A DNA stretch of 15,287 nt from a virus. The notes beneath the pieces are model-generated. The model was not told the origin of the DNA and did not search any database. It saw nothing but the letters and a program-made list of their open reading frames with translations. Each line of letters opens with the position of its first letter. Position 1 is the first letter of the stretch. The DNA lies in the IMG/VR virus record IMGVR_UViG_3300045988_093774. One strand, written 5' to 3'. The position numbers were made by a program, and so were the translations under genes. Positions 13,442 to 15,287 of the stretch are shown here, piece after piece.

Positions 13442-14104
13442 CTAGTCCTCAATTTCTACACCGTCATACATAGACAGAAAATCTTGATATGCTTCACTAT
13501 CCGGCGCTAATTCCATCATGCGCGCTATTTCAGTAAAACTATTTAAAATTGCCTCTCTTGTTTCATATGGTGGCTCAGGAAATATGTCAGGGTGTTGAGA
13601 TAACACGTAAGCAAACCGTCTACGTGTTTCTTCTGATTTACCGTATATTAATTTGTTAGTCTGCCACTCAATAAACTGTGCAATATACCAATAGAATGAC
13701 TCTCTAACTTGTTGATACCAATTATCTATAATTTGTTCATAACTCTCTGTTGGTGGTAGAATACCGCCATACATGCCTAAATCTTGTGGAATAGGTGAAT
13801 TGTCATTAATCACTATATCAATAGTTGGTAAATCTGCTTTTAATATCTTTACGTTTTTTCTCTGTTGTGCAAGACGTTTCTTTTTGTTCTTAATAGGTTT
13901 TAAAATTACACCTGTCTCAACATCGACAATCTCTGATTTTGTTCTAATCTTTTCACCTGTCTGCTGTTTTAATCGGTTGATAGACGCTCTTGTAGGTTTT
14001 TTGACACGTCCAACAACGTCAACTACATATCCCTGTTTTACCGCTCTATTTACACGCCGAAGATAGTTTCGGTACTCGCGCTTATATTGCTCTTTAACCG
14101 TCAA
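13442..14104 (-). CDS. Putative terminal protein (220 aa)
   Basis: It lies immediately upstream of the protein-primed polymerase (gene 3 position). The N-terminal half is strongly basic (KREYRNYLRRVNR..., KNKKKRLAQQRKNVK) and the C-terminus is acidic. The TTG start overlaps the upstream stop (TTGA) and has SD GGTTGGTGA 6 nt upstream. There is no sequence-level proof. Confidence 0.5.
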   Translation of the reverse strand: MTVKEQYKREYRNYLRRVNRAVKQGYVVDVVGRVKKPTRASINRLKQQTGEKIRTKSEIVDVETGVILKPIKNKKKRLAQQRKNVKILKADLPTIDIVINDNSPIPQDLGMYGGILPPTESYEQIIDNWYQQVRESFYWYIAQFIEWQTNKLIYGKSEETRRRFAYVLSQHPDIFPEPPYETREAILNSFTEIARMMELAPDSEAYQDFLSMYDGVEIED

Positions 14105-14286
14105 CTGTTATCACCAACCTTTTTTAATAATAACCCGTCAACCGTTCTTGTCCACTGTATTTTATCACCCTCAGTTATTCCCAAATCAGATACAGCACTT
14201 GCCGGAATTACTACACGCGCTGTGTAACTACACCCCGACTTCACAAACATTACTTTATAGATTGCATCTACATTTTCTCTTTTCAT
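14101..14286 (-). CDS. AbrB/SpoVT/MazE-type (swapped-hairpin) DNA-binding protein (61 aa)
   Basis: ARVVIPASAVSDLGITEGDKIQWTRTVDGLLLKKV parallels the AbrB N-domain GRVVIPIELRRTLGIAEKDALEIYVDDEKIILKKY (from memory). SD AGTGAGGT is present. A copy of the palindrome lies 22 nt upstream of its ATG. Confidence 0.6.
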   Translation of the reverse strand: MKRENVDAIYKVMFVKSGCSYTARVVIPASAVSDLGITEGDKIQWTRTVDGLLLKKVGDNS

Positions 14287-14308
14287 TATTATACCTCACT
14301 TTTTGATA

Positions 14309-14326
14309 GATTTTCACGTGAAACAT
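14309..14326. promoter_or_regulatory. Third locus of the CACGTG-centred palindrome (15/18 match, 14312-14326 identical)
   Basis: gattttcacgtgaaacat compared with atgtttcacgtgaaacat. It lies 22 nt upstream of the AbrB-like ATG 14286. Confidence 0.6.
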
Positions 14327-14336
14327 TTGTATTAAT

Positions 14337-14417
14337 TTACGGTAACGGAACGAAGTAGTTCACTAGTTCTGCTATTCCGTAAAAGATGCCGTAAACAATC
14401 ATTGCTAACACTAACAT
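14337..14417 (-). CDS. Possible 26-aa hydrophobic micro-protein (MLVLAMIVYGIFYGIAELVNYFVPLP)
   Basis: It fills the gap between two genes and is predicted to form a single TM-like helix. No SD is visible, so it is weakly supported. Confidence 0.2.
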   Translation of the reverse strand: MLVLAMIVYGIFYGIAELVNYFVPLP

Positions 14418-14452
14418 AATTAAAGTTTGTAAAAATAACGCTATAAGGTTCT

Positions 14453-14800
14453 TTACTGCACTTTTAATTTTTCTTCTAACCACGAATATGTCTCCTTTAT
14501 TAAACTTTTACTGATCGGCACGTTAATCCGCTGATCGTTTGTTATATATGCAACATAATATCTACCATTATCATATGTTTTTTCTTTCGTAATGTATAAA
14601 AATGCATAATGTAAATTGGTGCGATATGTTGTGTTACACAATGAAAGTGCTGTACCATTTTCTTCTTCCATTATATCTTTCATTTTTTCGTATTCAACAA
14701 CCGTGTCAGGTGTTACAAGTTCAGGATGATCGTATAAAGACTCACAAAAATGATCTTGAAACCTCTTGCGCACTTGTGCGTGTGTTATCCATTCTGCCAT
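14453..14800 (-). CDS. Hypothetical early protein (115 aa)
   Basis: SD GGTGA lies 8 nt before ATG 14800. No motif was recognised. Confidence 0.65.
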   Translation of the reverse strand: MAEWITHAQVRKRFQDHFCESLYDHPELVTPDTVVEYEKMKDIMEEENGTALSLCNTTYRTNLHYAFLYITKEKTYDNGRYYVAYITNDQRINVPISKSLIKETYSWLEEKLKVQ

Positions 14801-14818
14801 AGGTTATTCACCAACTTT

Positions 14819-14905
14819 CTAGCTATATATTTTATTAAATGCTATTATGTCACTTTTAACATACGTTTCTACAGCTTCATCATTATCAATTTTACTCTCT
14901 TTCAT
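14819..14905 (-). CDS. Possible 28-aa micro-ORF (MKESKIDNDEAVETYVKSDIIAFNKIYS)
   Basis: Its ATG overlaps the stop of the upstream 49-aa ORF (TAATG), and it exactly fills the inter-ORF gap. It has no SD of its own, so it would depend on translational coupling. Confidence 0.3.
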   Translation of the reverse strand: MKESKIDNDEAVETYVKSDIIAFNKIYS

Positions 14906-15054
14906 TAAAAATAGAAAACATCGTCCTCAACTGCAATATAACAATCACCGAAACACATTTCAATGCCATATTTCCTTGCAATCTCTTCTGCCTCTTTAAT
15001 TTTATCAAGTTCCACCAAACTCCAAACCTTTTTAATTGCTTCTGTCCTATTCAT
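14905..15054 (-). CDS. First early gene, 49-aa acidic protein (MNRTEAIKKVWSLVELDKIKEAEEIARKYGIEMCFGDCYIAVEDDVFYF), not in the ORF track
   Basis: SD AAAGGAGA lies 9 nt before ATG 15054. It is about 25 nt downstream of the predicted start of the early promoter. Confidence 0.55.
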   Translation of the reverse strand: MNRTEAIKKVWSLVELDKIKEAEEIARKYGIEMCFGDCYIAVEDDVFYF

Positions 15055-15086
15055 AATTTTTTATCTCCTTTCTTTTTACTAATTAT

Positions 15087-15115
15087 ATTATATCATCATA
15101 ACGTGCATTAATCAA
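15087..15115 (-). promoter_or_regulatory. Early promoter at the right end, just inside the ITR
   Basis: Minus strand: TTGATT (15115-15110), a 17-nt spacer, then TATAAT (15092-15087) with TGa as an extended -10. A second overlapping TATAAT lies at 15082-15087. The spacer contains the AATGCACGT motif. Confidence 0.65.
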
Positions 15116-15150
15116 GTACAACGTGCATTGTTTTTTATAAATACAATAAA

Positions 15151-15287
15151 CAATTAAGCAATCGTTTAATTGTATGCTGTACATTGTATACAATATTCAA
15201 TTAAGCAATCGTTTAATTGTGTTGTATCTTATCGTGCATTATAAGCACAAGGGGAATCGTGCATTTTGCGGGGAAAACGAAATACCG
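15151..15287. repeat. Right inverted terminal repeat (ITR), 137 bp perfect
   Basis: Reverse complement of 1-137. It contains one full copy (15174-15220) and one 23-nt partial copy (15151-15173) of the 47-bp unit that is fully duplicated at the left end. Confidence 0.97.

Larger units (their letters stand above)
1..15287 (-). other. Complete linear genome of a small phi29-like protein-primed podophage; all credible genes on the minus strand
   Basis: The window starts and ends with a perfect 137-bp inverted repeat. It carries a protein-primed family-B polymerase, a putative terminal protein, a gp16-like ATPase, gp8/gp9/gp10-like capsid, tail knob and portal, and a lysis cassette. No integrase or lysogeny module was seen. 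Confidence 0.85.

Overview
The 15,287-bp window appears to be a complete linear phage genome. Bases 1-137 are the exact reverse complement of 15151-15287, a perfect 137-bp inverted terminal repeat (ITR). Every credible gene lies on the minus strand. The gene set is that of a small phi29-like, protein-primed podophage. Shine-Dalgarno (SD) sequences of the AGAAAGGAGGTGA type, sigma-A-like promoters and a GH25/LysM lysin point to a Gram-positive host.

Gene order, read on the minus strand from the right end:
- early promoter and small orphan genes
- AbrB/SpoVT-like regulator
- putative terminal protein
- protein-primed family-B DNA polymerase
- small proteins of unknown function
- gp16-like packaging ATPase
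- an ORF-free promoter-to-terminator RNA locus
- BhlA-like holin
- GH25 + 3xLysM lysin carrying a signal peptide
- gp13-like tail peptidoglycan hydrolase
- scaffold
- gp8-like capsid
- gp9-like tail knob
- gp10-like portal
- lower collar
- two fibre proteins
- terminator

Most interesting observations:
1. A GC-rich, structured RNA unit of about 160 nt sits directly downstream of the packaging ATPase. It has its own consensus promoter and a terminator. By hand it folds into an end-pairing helix plus a three-way junction with complementary loops, which makes it a candidate prohead/packaging RNA in an unusual position.
2. An 18-bp perfect palindrome, ATGTTTCACGTGAAACAT, occurs four times, always 21-23 nt upstream of the first start codon of a module: the AbrB-like gene, the holin/late operon (two tandem copies) and the capsid gene.
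3. The ITRs are structured. They carry an AATGCACGWT motif that recurs around the early promoter, plus a 47-bp tandem repeat whose copy number differs between the two ends.
4. A well-signalled 20-codon ORF runs into an 86-codon ORF in the +1 frame at an A7 tract.

Homology statements rest on motif recognition from memory; no searches were run.
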